From: Phoronis australis
Taxonomy: Eukaryota; Animalia; Phoronida
DNA: 64,000 bases
Direction: 5' to 3'
Assembly: GCA_002633005.1 (NCBI GenBank)
Contig: NMRA01000014.1
Location: forward strand, 920,955-984,954
Within the stretch, counting starts at the first letter, position 1. Every line of letters starts with the position of its first letter. A program made the position numbers and the translations under genes. Shown here piece after piece: positions 1 to 12,800 of this stretch. A model generated the notes under the pieces. It was not told where the DNA came from. It saw nothing but the letters and a program-made list of their open reading frames with translations, and searched no databases.

Positions 1-621
1 GAGCTAAGTCCCACGCCTCAAATAGTGAAGCGTTTTAAGTGTATTTAAGTGGTAAATATACCGGCCTCGATTTCAGCTAATGTCCAGCAAACACTGGGCG
101 AAAATAAGTGATTTGTAATTGTAAAGAGCAGGGTGGTATGATGCGGGTTTTAGTTCTGCAAGTCGTATTTAGTTGTTCTATTTGTTCGCTAACAATCGGC
201 AATTGACGCTACCCAGTCATTGCACTCTAGCGATAGAATTGTAATTTTTCTTTCAACAGCAGACCTAGGAACATTCTAGTAGGTTCTAGCATAGAACCAC
301 GGCCTGCATCGTTCTAAGGCCTAGTTTATGTTTATGGAATGATTGGGTAGCTTCTAGAAAGTACAAGGGCTTTTGCATGACTTTCTAATGATATGACGCT
401 TATGTAATTTGGTCGAAAAACGTAGGAGTTGTAAAGCGTTTTAGTGACAGTAAAGGAAGTGACTTTTCCCATTGGCCTAGTTTTAAAATATATATTTGTT
501 ATTATTTGTTCTAGGCATATGATATTGGTATCGTATTAGAGCTCCGGTGGTGCTTGATGATGTGAATATATTTTAGGGAAATTGTAAACTTCCGAAATGA
601 TCACAATCCATGTAGATGGCT
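1..621. mobile_element. Truncated non-autonomous DNA transposon end (TTAA-terminated, Kolobok-like)
   Basis: Sequence ends ...ATCCATGTAGATGGCT followed by TTAA at ~621-625, resembling a TTAA-flanked terminus. The other end would lie outside the window. Confidence 0.3.
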
Positions 622-1284
622 TTAAGTGTTGCCTGACATCTAGGCAGTGGTAGTACCCACGACCGACTACCCACACGGAATGGTAAACAGGTGAACCTCC
701 GTTTGACATTGTTTGAGGTCATTACACAGCATAATATTCCCAAAATATGGATGAACTTTGCTCGAAAGAAGTTTTCTGTGATAGAAGTTTAAATTCACTC
801 ATTTCTACTTAACAAACACGCCACTGGAACAAGCGAATAAAAACAAAAACAAATTCCACTCCGTTGCAACCTCAGTGGCACGAGATCGAGTTAGGCACTC
901 TAAGTCTAAAATTCTATGCTGTAAGTAACTCCACTGAAGACCTACTCGATCAAGTCAACCCTTGACAGCACTGACTGGACAGGCATTACATTGGACGTTT
1001 TGTTCGAGTAGACTTTCTATGTTCAGTTGAGATGAATAATTCGAGTAACTCAAACCGGTCTTCAATCTATCATCGTACGGAAAAATTTAAACGTCGATCA
1101 GCGACAACTGTGCTCACCAATCCACCATGCAAAACGTGAATAGTATTAATAAAATCACAAAATCCCGACGAATTTTGTAGTTGTATAGCTTTGATCAAAG
1201 TATATAAGAAGTCTATCCCATCCAACAATAATCCCACAACGGCCGTAAGACCGATGATGTCCCTATATGAGCAGAGAGAGGGAG

Positions 1285-1500
1285 GAGGGAATGTGGTCTA
1301 GCGGGATAAGTGTCCGCTTCGTTTGCTCAAGGTCGTGCGTTCGAGTCCCACTGGGACAGACTGCTGGTTCTTTGAGTCACGTCTCTAACTCCTCAGCTCG
1401 GTTTTAACTATACATTGAATAAAGCATAAAATGGCCCCAGGTGATCAGTGTAATGGGCACACATGAGTGGCCTGCGCACATCTGGTACATGTGCAACGTG
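1285..1500 (+). mobile_element. tRNA-derived SINE
   Basis: Pol III A box TGGTCTAGCGG (1294-1304) and B box GTTCGAGTCC (1339-1348), without a clean cloverleaf. The downstream body (GGTTTTAACTATA..AATAAAGCATAAA..CCAGGTGATCAGTG) recurs at ~5995-6075. Confidence 0.65.
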
Positions 1501-1958
1501 TACCAATGCTAGTATTACGGTCAGTCACGAGCGAAAGGCGGGAAATCCCTCATTCATCGACAAAGACCTGGCGGACCAGGTCGAAACGTCTGCTAACAAC
1601 CAGCCACGTCTTTAAGTGACTTTTTTACATCTACTCTGCCAATATTGTAACCGCAACTGTAACTTCGATTGCAGTTGGGAGCGATTGCAACTTCAACCAC
1701 GCATGTAATAATTATTACATCAGCAATTAACTCCGCTACATGCTATTTCAACCGCAAATATTGTGGCATTTCATTTGAATTGGTGGACCTATATACTATG
1801 CCGCAAGAGGCGAGAAGCAATCACACATTCGAAGAAAAATATCCACGTAAAAACAGCGTTCTTTTATTTTTGTTCGTGTCCCTGGGAGTTCCGGCATCTG
1901 CCCTCCCCCACCCCTTATTATTCATTCTGTTACTTGCGGCTGCCACGATACAGCTTAC

Positions 1959-2118
1959 CATTTCTTGAAGCGCTCGTCTGAGAAGCCGTTCGAATGGGTT
2001 CCTTTGTGAATGCTATTTCCTCAGAAGGTGTGGCTGGCTTTCTTAATCTGGTGACTTTTTCTTTTACTTCCACTTCATCGTCATCAAAGAGTACTAATTG
2101 TGAGTAAGAACGGTGCAT
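1959..2118 (-). CDS. Possible first coding exon of a separate downstream gene (MHRSYSQLVLFDDDEVEVKEKVTRLRKPATPSEE...)
   Basis: Open frame from the ATG at 2118 to a strong donor AATG|gtaagc at 1958 (phase 1). Protein-like composition but no recognised domain. Confidence 0.35.
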
Positions 2119-5100
2119 TAGATCCGTGGCGATAAAACACGAGCAAAGCACGAACTTGCGAAAATTAATTGGTTTTTAATCAATCAAACACTCATCAGTA
2201 GTGATAATGTTTGAATAATTCTCCTAGCTCTAAAATTACTCGTTATTAAATCAACACGAACAAAAAAACGCCGTCATCGAATCTACACAAGCTGAGTGGC
2301 CAAGAGTCGCACAGAATCTGTGCATCCAGAGGCTGTGTCGTGTACGTGATGCGGAATCTACTCTTAGCTGTTCAAGGTTAGTAGCCTATTTGTCGACGAC
2401 AGCAAAAGTTTTCTGATATGGAGTCCAGAAAGGAATCGAATCGTGAAACTCCGCAAGCGCAGTATAACGCTCTGCTGCTAAGCTAATAGGTCCCACTCGA
2501 CAAAGGGCAAAGTATAGATGTTAAAGACACTGGCCTAGGTTTCAGTAGACGATCGTGAGAATTGTCAATTTGCATTGGTTTTACGCCACATCTATTAACT
2601 AAATTAAATGAGATCGCTGAAAATTTTGTGGGGAGAATAGCAAAAATGATTAATTTGTTCGGCTTTTCGGGTAAATAATTACTTTCTTGTACAGAAACAT
2701 GTTGGTTTAAAGAGGTTTTACTCTCCCGTACACGTACATGGGAAACGCGCGTGAGTTGGTTTGTTTAGTCTACCTGACAAAGTATTCAAGTTTTGTTGGA
2801 ACCGCAGCGCGATTCCAAGCTGTTGCTAATTTTCGACTTCTTTCGTAATTTCGTGCGTCCAGCTCAGTGATCAGTCATTACTGCAACTGTGCAGATTTGA
2901 GAAACACCATTCCAAAACAAATTTGTTGCGTCATTCTTTGAAATGTCACGCAGTGTTGATGTGCTTCGCAACATCATCATGTGACATACAGTTTGAAATG
3001 TTTCCAATAATTGATATCCTCAGTGTTAAAAGCGTTTCAAAAACATGTTCTGGAATGTCTTCTGTTGGACCAATCAGAGGTGACCTTTACGCCACGTGAC
3101 AAAATAAAACGGTAGCTGTTGTCAGAGGAAAGTGAAAAATTTCATTGGGATCAAGAAAATTTAGAGAAATCAATTGATATGAAGAGCGATATCCCTCCCT
3201 TCCTTAAAGAATATAAAAACCAGATAATAGGAAAGCCACACCATCACCATGGTCCACAGCATCGCCTTCCGTCTTCGTTTCCGGTTTATCATAACCAGTT
3301 ATGGCAGCTGAAATAGCCAAAAATGCACAACCTGCTGTGGGTGTCATGCTTCTTTCAAGATTCTCATTTCCCATATAATTTCTTTGTATCATCTATGTAA
3401 CATTCGGAAAAAAGGTTTTTAGAAAATTTCCAGTGTTCGATACTTTGAACCATAGAACTCTAGCCCTGGAATGCCAACTTCGATCTCGCGCTGCTGAGGT
3501 TGCGCCGCTCATTCCTTTGCAATCGTTTGTTCCGTGTTGATTCTTCCTATGGAATTTACTGCCACTAAAACTTTTCACAACTCCGTCGTTTCTCAACCTA
3601 ATTGCATAAGAGTCATATCATTAGAAAGCCTCTCGACAGTTCTTGATGGTGTAGCATTACAGCAAAAGAAAACACATAACTCAATTCATACATAATCATC
3701 ATTTCGCATACCTGACCAGTTAAAAAATATTTTTCGTTACCAAAATGCAATAATTAACAGGGTGTAATAGTGACATAAAAAGGAAATAGACTAGAAGGGT
3801 TATACAAAGGACTAATTAAACCAGCAGGGAAATAAATTCAATGATTCAAAAGGTTTCTATCACATCAACACACAGATTTTAGAATATGTATCCCTCACAG
3901 TTGCTTTGAAAAATTTTGTAAGGCATTCATCCAAAATTATCCATCTTTATGTATCAATTGGATCTTTGGTGTCGTTTCCTACAGTTCTTCAATAAAAATT
4001 GAGGATGCATTGACATTTTCAAAGATGTGACCAATTAATTACTCCAACTACATGAGCGAAAATTGCAGAAAAAGGCTTTCTGATGGACAAAAACTGAGCA
4101 AACTTCTATTATATAGGTTTGAAATGTATTTTGGATAGGTCATTACATGGGCCGCAGTGCTGGACATTTCACAATAGTTTGTAAATGAGTTCATTTTTTT
4201 CAGAAAGTAAACTATTTTTAGTGAATCTTATACATGTAGTTTGTGTGAGACAGGGTTACACATTTTTATGATTGTTATGTTACTGAAGAAAAGTGGAAAA
4301 TAACAATATTCTTGACAAAGAGACAAATGAACACCGATTCCAAAGGTGTTAACATTCGAGAATGAAAAAAACGGGACAACTGGATTGAAAAGCATGACTT
4401 CCGGATACAAAACGGAGCATCGGTCTTTAACAAAACGCAAGGGTGGAATGTTCGCCGCAACACACAAAACGTCCCGAACGCGTTTTTGTTTTTGTTTTTG
4501 TTTGACGGTAGACGTTGCACCCAAAAGTGCGTCTTTTGTTTTTTAAGTCGAATAGGCAGTTGCGGGTGCTTCAAAAAGCCATGAAAGTCCCGTTTCGCTC
4601 TTTTTAGTCGAGCGGAAAAATACTGCTATGTCACGTGGAAATTTACAATTATGATAATATTTTGATGGTGTGGCGGGATGGGTGTGGCGGGATGGCGAGA
4701 AAAATTCAACAAGTGGGATAGTTCGCCAAGAGCGGGATATTTGGCAAATACAATGTACGCTGTCTGCAACACAACATATTGGATTGGATTTTTACAAGGT
4801 AAATTTTTCATTTTTTAAATTTTATTTCTCGGTTACAGCTAAATACTGACACTGCTCAAAAATCAAATTATCAAAAAGTATTTGGGCAACAGGTAAACAT
4901 TGCACAAACGAATTATTAGAAAACAATTGAAAAGGGTAATTATTTATGCAAATACAACCACTCACACGTAGCTACGCAAATACGAGTACTTTTTTTGAAA
5001 GTTACGTTAACACACCTGTTTGCAGGGGCTAAACTTTTCGTTTATAATTGCAGAACAAAATCTCGATCCAAGTCACTTGTATCCGTAAAATATTGTAACG

Positions 5101-5332
5101 TGATTTTAACACGCAAAAATGTCTTATTGAAAAACTCCTAGCATGTAGTTTGATAGGTTGTCGAAAGTGGTTTCTTAAACGACTGGAGAAGGAAAGATAT
5201 CAGAGGCCAGACTATTCCCGGTAACCGGCCAGGGTCACGGGCCGGTGCATATAAAAATGACCAATGTAATTGTCTGGTTTGTTGACAAATCTTACGGAGA
5301 AAACGCTGGTTGTCTAGATCCGTAGCTCAAGG

Positions 5333-5354
5333 TAGTAGTAGTAGTAGTAGTAGT
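5333..5354. repeat. (TAG)n microsatellite
   Basis: tagtagtag... run seen directly. Confidence 0.9.
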
Positions 5355-5994
5355 AATACACTTTATTCACTTTAAGTCAAAACCAAAAAATACAGTTGAT
5401 ACAAATTTACGCTTAAGGATCTCGCTTGACGAACAAAAATGCCAAAATGAAAATGAATCAATGAAATTAGGCTATTACAATACTCGATCAAAACTCTGTC
5501 GGGCTGAGTACCGGAAATTCACAATGCAAACTCTCGCATCTAGTCTCGGGGTCGCAAGCTCTAATAATAGAAAAAAAAAATGGTCACCAGCGGGAGTTGG
5601 CATTCTGAGGCTAGAGTTTTCTGCTTTTTACAGGCGTCACACTAAGCTAGATGTATATACGTGTTGTTCTTTATACGGCACTCACTTTGAGAGCCTGCAG
5701 TTGTGACTGGCCTCTGTGATACGCTTGGCTTTGCTCTACCCTTAGTCATCATTTCCTGTGGTGTCGGGCCTTTAACACTCGTCACTTCAGTTCATTAAAC
5801 GAAAAAACTAAGCTTAATTTTTAAGTTACGTTTCAACCTTTTCAACTCCGTCAATTATGATGCAAAATTGAAACGGGAACCTACTGGCTTTTCAACTAAT
5901 ATATATTTTCACAGTTACTCGGCGATCGAAATTTGGTAGGTCCGTTGATACCTCATCCCATGGGTCAATGCCAATTCCATTCATTTGGCTACAG

Positions 5995-6075
5995 TTTGGT
6001 TTTAACTATAAATCAATAAAGCATAAACATGATTCCAGGTGATCAGTGCAATGGGCCTGTACACGTCTGCTACAC
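5995..6075 (+). mobile_element. SINE body fragment, same family as 1285-1500
   Basis: Direct similarity to ~1398-1490. Confidence 0.55.
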
Positions 6076-6514
6076 CGTGTAGATCTACGAGACCGTCAAC
6101 AATTACTTTTTCACAGTTCTACACTTGAACTATTCGTGCTGTGTAGTACAGCAGACTTTACGGGTGTACTGTCGTCGTTTTGTGAGGTGTATCACAGTGC
6201 ATGTTATTTCATTCATTACAACAATAACTGCACCAGCTCCGACTTGTGGACACTTTTTAAAAGAAGCAAGGGCCCCGCAACCATCGAAAACACAGTTAAT
6301 TTACCAGTGTTTCTATTTCCGTCACATGCACCAAAGTTGCTGTACATACACTTGTAAGTGGAAAACTTACATGAACCTGCTGCCATTTGGATTGCTTGCG
6401 GGGCCCCAATTTGTGAATCTATTAATTTTTAAGAAAATGTAAATTAATTTCTTCTAGAATACAATGAATGAGTCTGAAGGTATTGTTTTTTATTATTGTA
6501 CTGTAATATTTGTT

Positions 6515-6831
6515 TTAGGGAACAGCCAAATTTTGACTTGCGTTAAGTGATTTATTAAGAGTCGATGATGACTGTTCATTCTTCATATTTTCTGATAGGT
6601 ATTGGTCGTCAGCGTATTCCTCTGGTACCTCGGGTACGACTGAAAGCTCGCCAAGCGTCGCCACTTCAAGGTTTGTAAAGCTGCCAGGCTCTGCCTGTGC
6701 GACCGGCTCTTCATTGGGAGTCGGCCGTGTCCGGCAACTGAACCAAATGACCACACCAGCGATTACAATGACAAATATTCCGAGAGTAACGCCTATGATA
6801 ATCCAGTACGTTACCGGTAATCCGAGCAATT
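6515..6831 (-). CDS. Gene A terminal exon: TM helix (YWIIIGVTLGIFVIVIAGVVIWFSC) plus ~70-aa acidic, probably disordered tail
   Basis: Acceptor tttttccttgtag|AA, stop at 6515, and AATAAA on the minus strand at ~6489-6494. Confidence 0.85.
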
Positions 6832-9800
6832 CTACAAGGAAAAATAATTTTATTGCCAAACGGTTTCGGGAGAACCATACTAGGCCCCGTAGTCATGGAA
6901 ATAGTTGTTTCCCTCTCAATAGTAAATTCCACAAGGGATGAGGTTCCGTAGACGCAAGAATTTTGCGAAATAGTCAGATCACGCAAGACCACGTAAAATC
7001 AAATGAGTGGCAAGTGTTTAGCGAGTGTTCTCTGGAACTTATAGCTTATCCTGGTAAAATGCCGCCCACCGATCAAAAAGTTTAGCCGGTGAGTTTGGAA
7101 TGTTGACTTGTGGGATAGAATTTTTTATTTCTGTTCCATACCAGAAAATGCAAGTGCATCGCGAGTGTCTTGGATCTACGGGACACAGCACAAAAGCTTT
7201 CCTTTCACTCAAGAAGATACATATGATTTGTCTAGTTTTGGCGTAGCGGAATGCCGCTGGCTTCTCACAAGAAAACCAAAATATTTGAAGCAAGGTACTT
7301 TGGATAATGATAAACTTGACAATGCTACGTGCTTTTTTAAGCTTGTGATCGGAAACATCGACAGGTGCGAGGCCCTCCAGCAATTTGCATCTCGTTCTTC
7401 CACTAAGAGGTTCTGAAAAGTCGCTTAAAACAATCATTCTGTTTGGTAATCGCGTTGGCATTCTAAAATTTTGACATAACGTTAAGGTCCAACTTTCTTT
7501 TAAATGATTTTTGTAATGTCTTAGGTAAAGTCTCTACATTGGTAGTTACTGCACCTGAGAGTGCTGAAATTGTCTACGTGACGTGGACAGAGAGGTTTTA
7601 GCATGCCTACGTGACCTGGAAAGAGCGTGTTAACATGCCTACCTGACATGGGTAGAGTGTGTTAAACATGCCCACGTGACATGGAGTCTTAAATATCTGT
7701 ATATAGACCCATTCACGCCGACAGGAGGCGCGTTCCAAAACGAGGCTCGCTACGATAGCTCTGTTATGGCTTATCGGCATACTTCGGGGTTGTATTCCGC
7801 GTTGGTCGGACGGGCTAGAAAAATACGGACACTCAACTGTCTGTTTTACACTCCCTAAGGACGTTGAGATTTGAAAGCGTTGGGTCGTTGCCATACACCG
7901 CGAGGAAGGAAAACATGTCCGTGTAAAATTTAAATGTTTTCGAAAAGTTAGATCATATTTTGTCGCATCTCGATTGCCGAGCATCATAGCAACGACCGGA
8001 GAATCTCGGCCAGCCAGGCTACGTTTTCATGACTACGGGATGAAAAATGATGCATTTTTCTTTCCAGAAAGGACAGGGCCCTCAATCCCTCAATTTTGGG
8101 GCCGAATATCAGCCTAATTCCCCTCTCAAAAATATTGAAAAATTCCCCGAAATGCCCAGGCCCCACGAGGCCAGTAAAAATTCCCATAGGGATAGAAAAG
8201 CTCTCTCCGAAGTTCAAATCACATGTAACCACACAAGTGACAATTTGAAAGAGCACAAAATGCTACTTGAGAGAGAGCCCATGAGAGCTTGCAANNNNNN
8301 NNNNNNNNNNNNNNNNNNNNNNNNNNNNNNNNNNNNNNNNNNNNNNNNNNNNNNNNNNNNNNNNNNNNNNNNNNNNNNNNNNNNNNNNNNNNNNNNNNNN
8401 NNNNNNNNNNNNNNNNNNNNNGGGGGGGGGGTGCTATTGATGATGATCGGGAGGTACATTTTTCCCCTCACTTCGCTCGGCGAAAAAATTCCCCTCTCTC
8501 AGAAGGCACAGGCACCTTTTCCCTTGGATGAACGAGGCCCCTGAAGAAACATGATAACTATGTTTGCTCTGTCCAGTTAACTGAAATTGAGCTCTAAAAC
8601 GAGGTTATAGTTTGGACGAACGAAGGTGTTTGAATTTTAAAATTCAACTTGGTCCAGATTGATATTTGAAACCTAACACATAAAATAGACGTAAGAATTA
8701 TTAAAACCAAGAAAGCATAATTGATGGTCAAATAATTACTTGTGAATGTGTGCCAGGGAGTGGATGAGAACCTGGATATAATGCCAAAGTGGGGCTGTGC
8801 TCGTTAATTTTTGTTTCAAGTTCAAAATTTAAAACTTAAATGGTCAAATAATTTTTATTTTCAATTACGAGCCTGGTTTTTTATTTTAATAAAAATATAT
8901 TTAATAACATCAGTTATTCTTTCAGATCAATAAAAAATCAACTGTTAATCCCGGTAGTCCTTACCTCACCAGGAGGCAGTATGCTTTGTGATTCTTGATC
9001 AACAAAATAAACCAGATGTGACTAATTGCACATGACAGCAAAATGCGATGAGCCACCACTGTCGAATATATCTTCAACTCGTCAACAATACAAGCAGATA
9101 ACCTGGTTCGTGTAGAAAGCATTTTTATCAACAATTTGCAAGAAGAAAAGTAACCCTACTTCAGCCTAATACTTAATCCGTAACACTACGATCGCCGCAG
9201 TTTGGTCATATTTACTTTCCATGTTTCGAAAGTAGTTTTCCGAAAAAAATATACTCTTTCGTCAGACAATTCTTTGGTGCATTGACTTGTTCTCTAATGT
9301 ATTTTTCTACGTCTCTGTGGTTCATTATCGACACATTTTTAAGATTTAATATTCAGGTTGGACTCGAAAGACCGGCCATTTATTTCACGCAATGTCAATT
9401 TCCGCTTTGTTTATCGCAGTGAGCCTCGCTTTGGATTCTAATGTCCGCCGCGTGAATTGGGTCTATAACATGAAAGAGTTTTAAACATGCCCACGTGACA
9501 TGAGAAGAGAGGGTTAAACATGCCTATGTGACATGGAAAACAGAGATTCGAATGATAACAACACTCATTGTATTTACTTTGGGAGCTGCTTCCACCTTCT
9601 TCATTGTCGCTTTGAGGACCAACCAGCTGCTGCTCATCAACGTATTTTACTACAAATGTAAACATTGAAATTATATGGCGCTTACTATTCTTTGAACATC
9701 TGTGTGATCCAAAGGTTACAAACAACAGTAATATTTAAGATCCAAAGGACTTAGTATTGAGTTATTTCGTCGTTACTCATCTGTACAAGACACATGACTC

Positions 9801-12800
9801 TGCATCTAATGAGCGTGCTTCTAACTAACTGAGGGTAATGTGGCGTTTACCTTTGCATCGATTTGGAAGGTCACACCACATTATCTGATAGTCCGGGTTC
9901 GCTCCTGGAAGTGCCACGTTGACGAAACAGTACAGGTCTTTTAGCTGTCCGGGATTCCGGCAAAAGTTCTCAACTTTGTTCAAGTCATATCCATTATCGG
10001 TAAGCGTGTCTGGGAACCAGAGGGGTGTGATGTAGTTGGAGACGACGTCTATCACTGTACTCCACCGTTCGCAAGTCGTCCCTTCACGTGACTGATCCAG
10101 TCTTCCAGTATACGCCCTCTTTAGGTCATCGATATAACACTCCTGCCCTTTTGAGATGGCTGTGAAACAGATATTACTGTTAGTCAACGAACAAATTGCA
10201 GGGCTGAATATGAGCACGCTTGTGCTTTCGTAATTTGCGTGGTGCAAGGTAATCTCGTGACATTCTTTACAGTTACAGTCTGTTTCTGCCTCAAATCCAG
10301 ACATCCTTGCACTGCTTGTTGAAGCAACTCGTTGTCAATGGAGATGCCTAAACTAATGAAGCGTAACCAAGCCAAAGTCTTTCGGATGCAATTTTAAGTT
10401 GTGACTTCATTACATTGATCATAGATTTTTAAGAGATGAAGGTCACTAATAATTTCGAGGTCGATTTCGTGTCAGACCCCGGACCCAGGTGCTCAATTTC
10501 TTCAGTGTCACAAGAGATGTCATAAAGGTAGGGTGAACAACATAACGAAAATTTAGAAACAACACTGGATTTTGTATGCATTTACAAAGTCATAATCATT
10601 AACTAAATGGTGAAAAGGGCAACTTATAGTGAGTCAACTTCAGCTGTTGATATCCATTACAAACAATTCAATGACCTCTTGAATTTTTTAAAAAAAAATC
10701 AAGTGTGCTACTTGCAGTTGTTCTTACAACTGACAGTGATTTTTCGTGACCTAGTAGGCCTAGTTTGAGTCAAACTTTCTGTTGTTCAACCGATGGGTTT
10801 TACTAATTTGTCTCTTTTTTAAATTCTGCAAACTTCATTTTTAAACCACAATAAAAACATGTACACACAATGTCATCATTATCACTTTTTAATCCATTCC
10901 ACACACCGTTATATTTTTGTATGAAATATGCTCTGTTCGGGAACACTTCCAGAAAGATACATTAATATTTAATCATTTTTACATCCTCGTTGACCTTTGT
11001 TGACCTTTTCAGTGTTTTAAAGCTTGTTGTTGCTACAACCAGTCAACAACTTCTTTAAAACACAAAACAGTGGCAACATAATTTCATTAACTAATTTTTA
11101 ACTTCAGGTTGAGAACAATGGCATTTTTTCTGTTTTATTCTGAAACGTTTTGGTTAACTTTTTAGATCCACAGCACCGTTTCCCGATACTAATATGTTTT
11201 CACCCACTGATGACCCTTCCAGTGACGATTTTCAATATTCAGAGTTGTGCTACCGTTGTTTTCCATACGTCATGCTCCCTTATTTTTATGATCTACCGTC
11301 CCGATGTACCCCCGGCTCCAAAATTTCTGGTTCGACCTTTCCAATGACTGGTTCCATTTTAATTTGGGTTTCATTCTCAATTTTTATTTTTACCGGTTAT
11401 TCAAAAGTTTTTTATGCTAGTTGTCTGTTAAACCCTGAAGCAAAACGTTTGCGTTCGCCAACGAATATGCTCTCTGACCATATGTATGTCCGTGTGTTTT
11501 TATACAAAAAATCAATCCCTGATAAGCAATTGAGGTATGGCAATTATTCAACTCCACAGAGGACTTCTCAGTCTCGTGTCGCCTTATCTGAATGCCGAAG
11601 TGTGTTAAATTCGAAACAAAATGAAAGTGTCTTGCATTTGTCATTTCTGGTACTGGCAGAGCCACTAGTGGAGGGGGGGGGGCAACCCGTTCACTGGAAT
11701 AAACTCCCCCCTTGGTTGAAGCTTATTTCAATTTCCATTCCACCAGTCTACTCAAAGGTGTTCCTAGATTGCCACCCATTTCAATTGAACCCGCCCCTAA
11801 AAGTATAGTGCTTTGCGCATACGGACTCATGCCTATTATGCACACCAAGAAGTCGCACAGAAACTGAACTAACGGGTAGAAGGACTAACCGAGCTTGAGG
11901 AACATCGGTTTCGGGGCTACAAAGGCGAGGGGACACGGTGGAACTTCGAGATGGGTATCATTAGGTTGGGATAACATACAGAGTTTCAGTGGAGATTTGG
12001 GGACGAGTTTCTTCTTTTGCCCCCACATATATGTATGTGGGTGGATATTGACGTCATCTGTGTCCGACATTCGGCGCCAGCCTGTATCTCCTAAACGACT
12101 TGAATAATCTGCATGTGCGGTTGAGATAAATAAAGTGATTTATTCGAACCAGCCTTCAGTCTATCATCCTACCGAATGCTAATAGCACCGGTCTATGTCG
12201 ACCTGCGCCCACCCATCCACGGGGGAAAACGTGACACCACTCTTCGAAGACCCCAGAGCTGTGCCAGTCCACTTCCTGGTTCCTCGCGTATCGGTCGTTT
12301 AGCGATACTTCACTTTGTTTTCTTACGTATATTTCACAATTTTGTCTCTTGCTTTTTATTTTACGTATTCTTATTGATTTTTCTATTTTGATTTGTCTAT
12401 TTATGTAAAGGGAATCTTCTTGTTAGCGGTCGAAAACCTTTAGGAGACCTNAAGTGCCATTGAATATTTTCAAATATTCAATATTTCAAATATTTTCAAA
12501 TATTCAATGACGCTTGAATTTTTGAAAAAATTCAAGTGTGCTACTTGCAGTTGTTCTTACAACTGACAGTGATTTTTCGTGATCTAGTAGGCCTACTTTG
12601 AGTCAAACTTTCTGTTGTTTAACCGATGGGTTTTACTAATTTGTCTTTTTATGCTAGTTGTCTGTTAAACCCTGAAGCAAAACGTTTGCGTTCGCCAACG
12701 AATATGCTCTCTGACCATATGTATGTCCGTGTATTTTTATACAAAAAATCAATCCCTAAAAAGCAATTGAGGTATGGTGATTATTCAACTCCACAGAGGA

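Noticed and set aside
1285-1357. Possible tRNA gene (also 35130-35195)
   Set aside because: A and B boxes are present but the stems are degenerate, and at 1285 a repeated body follows; better explained as SINE heads.
7039-7461. 140-aa minus-strand ORF between the kringle and TM exons of gene A
   Set aside because: No domain pattern and no convincing phase-1 acceptor/donor pair; treated as intronic.
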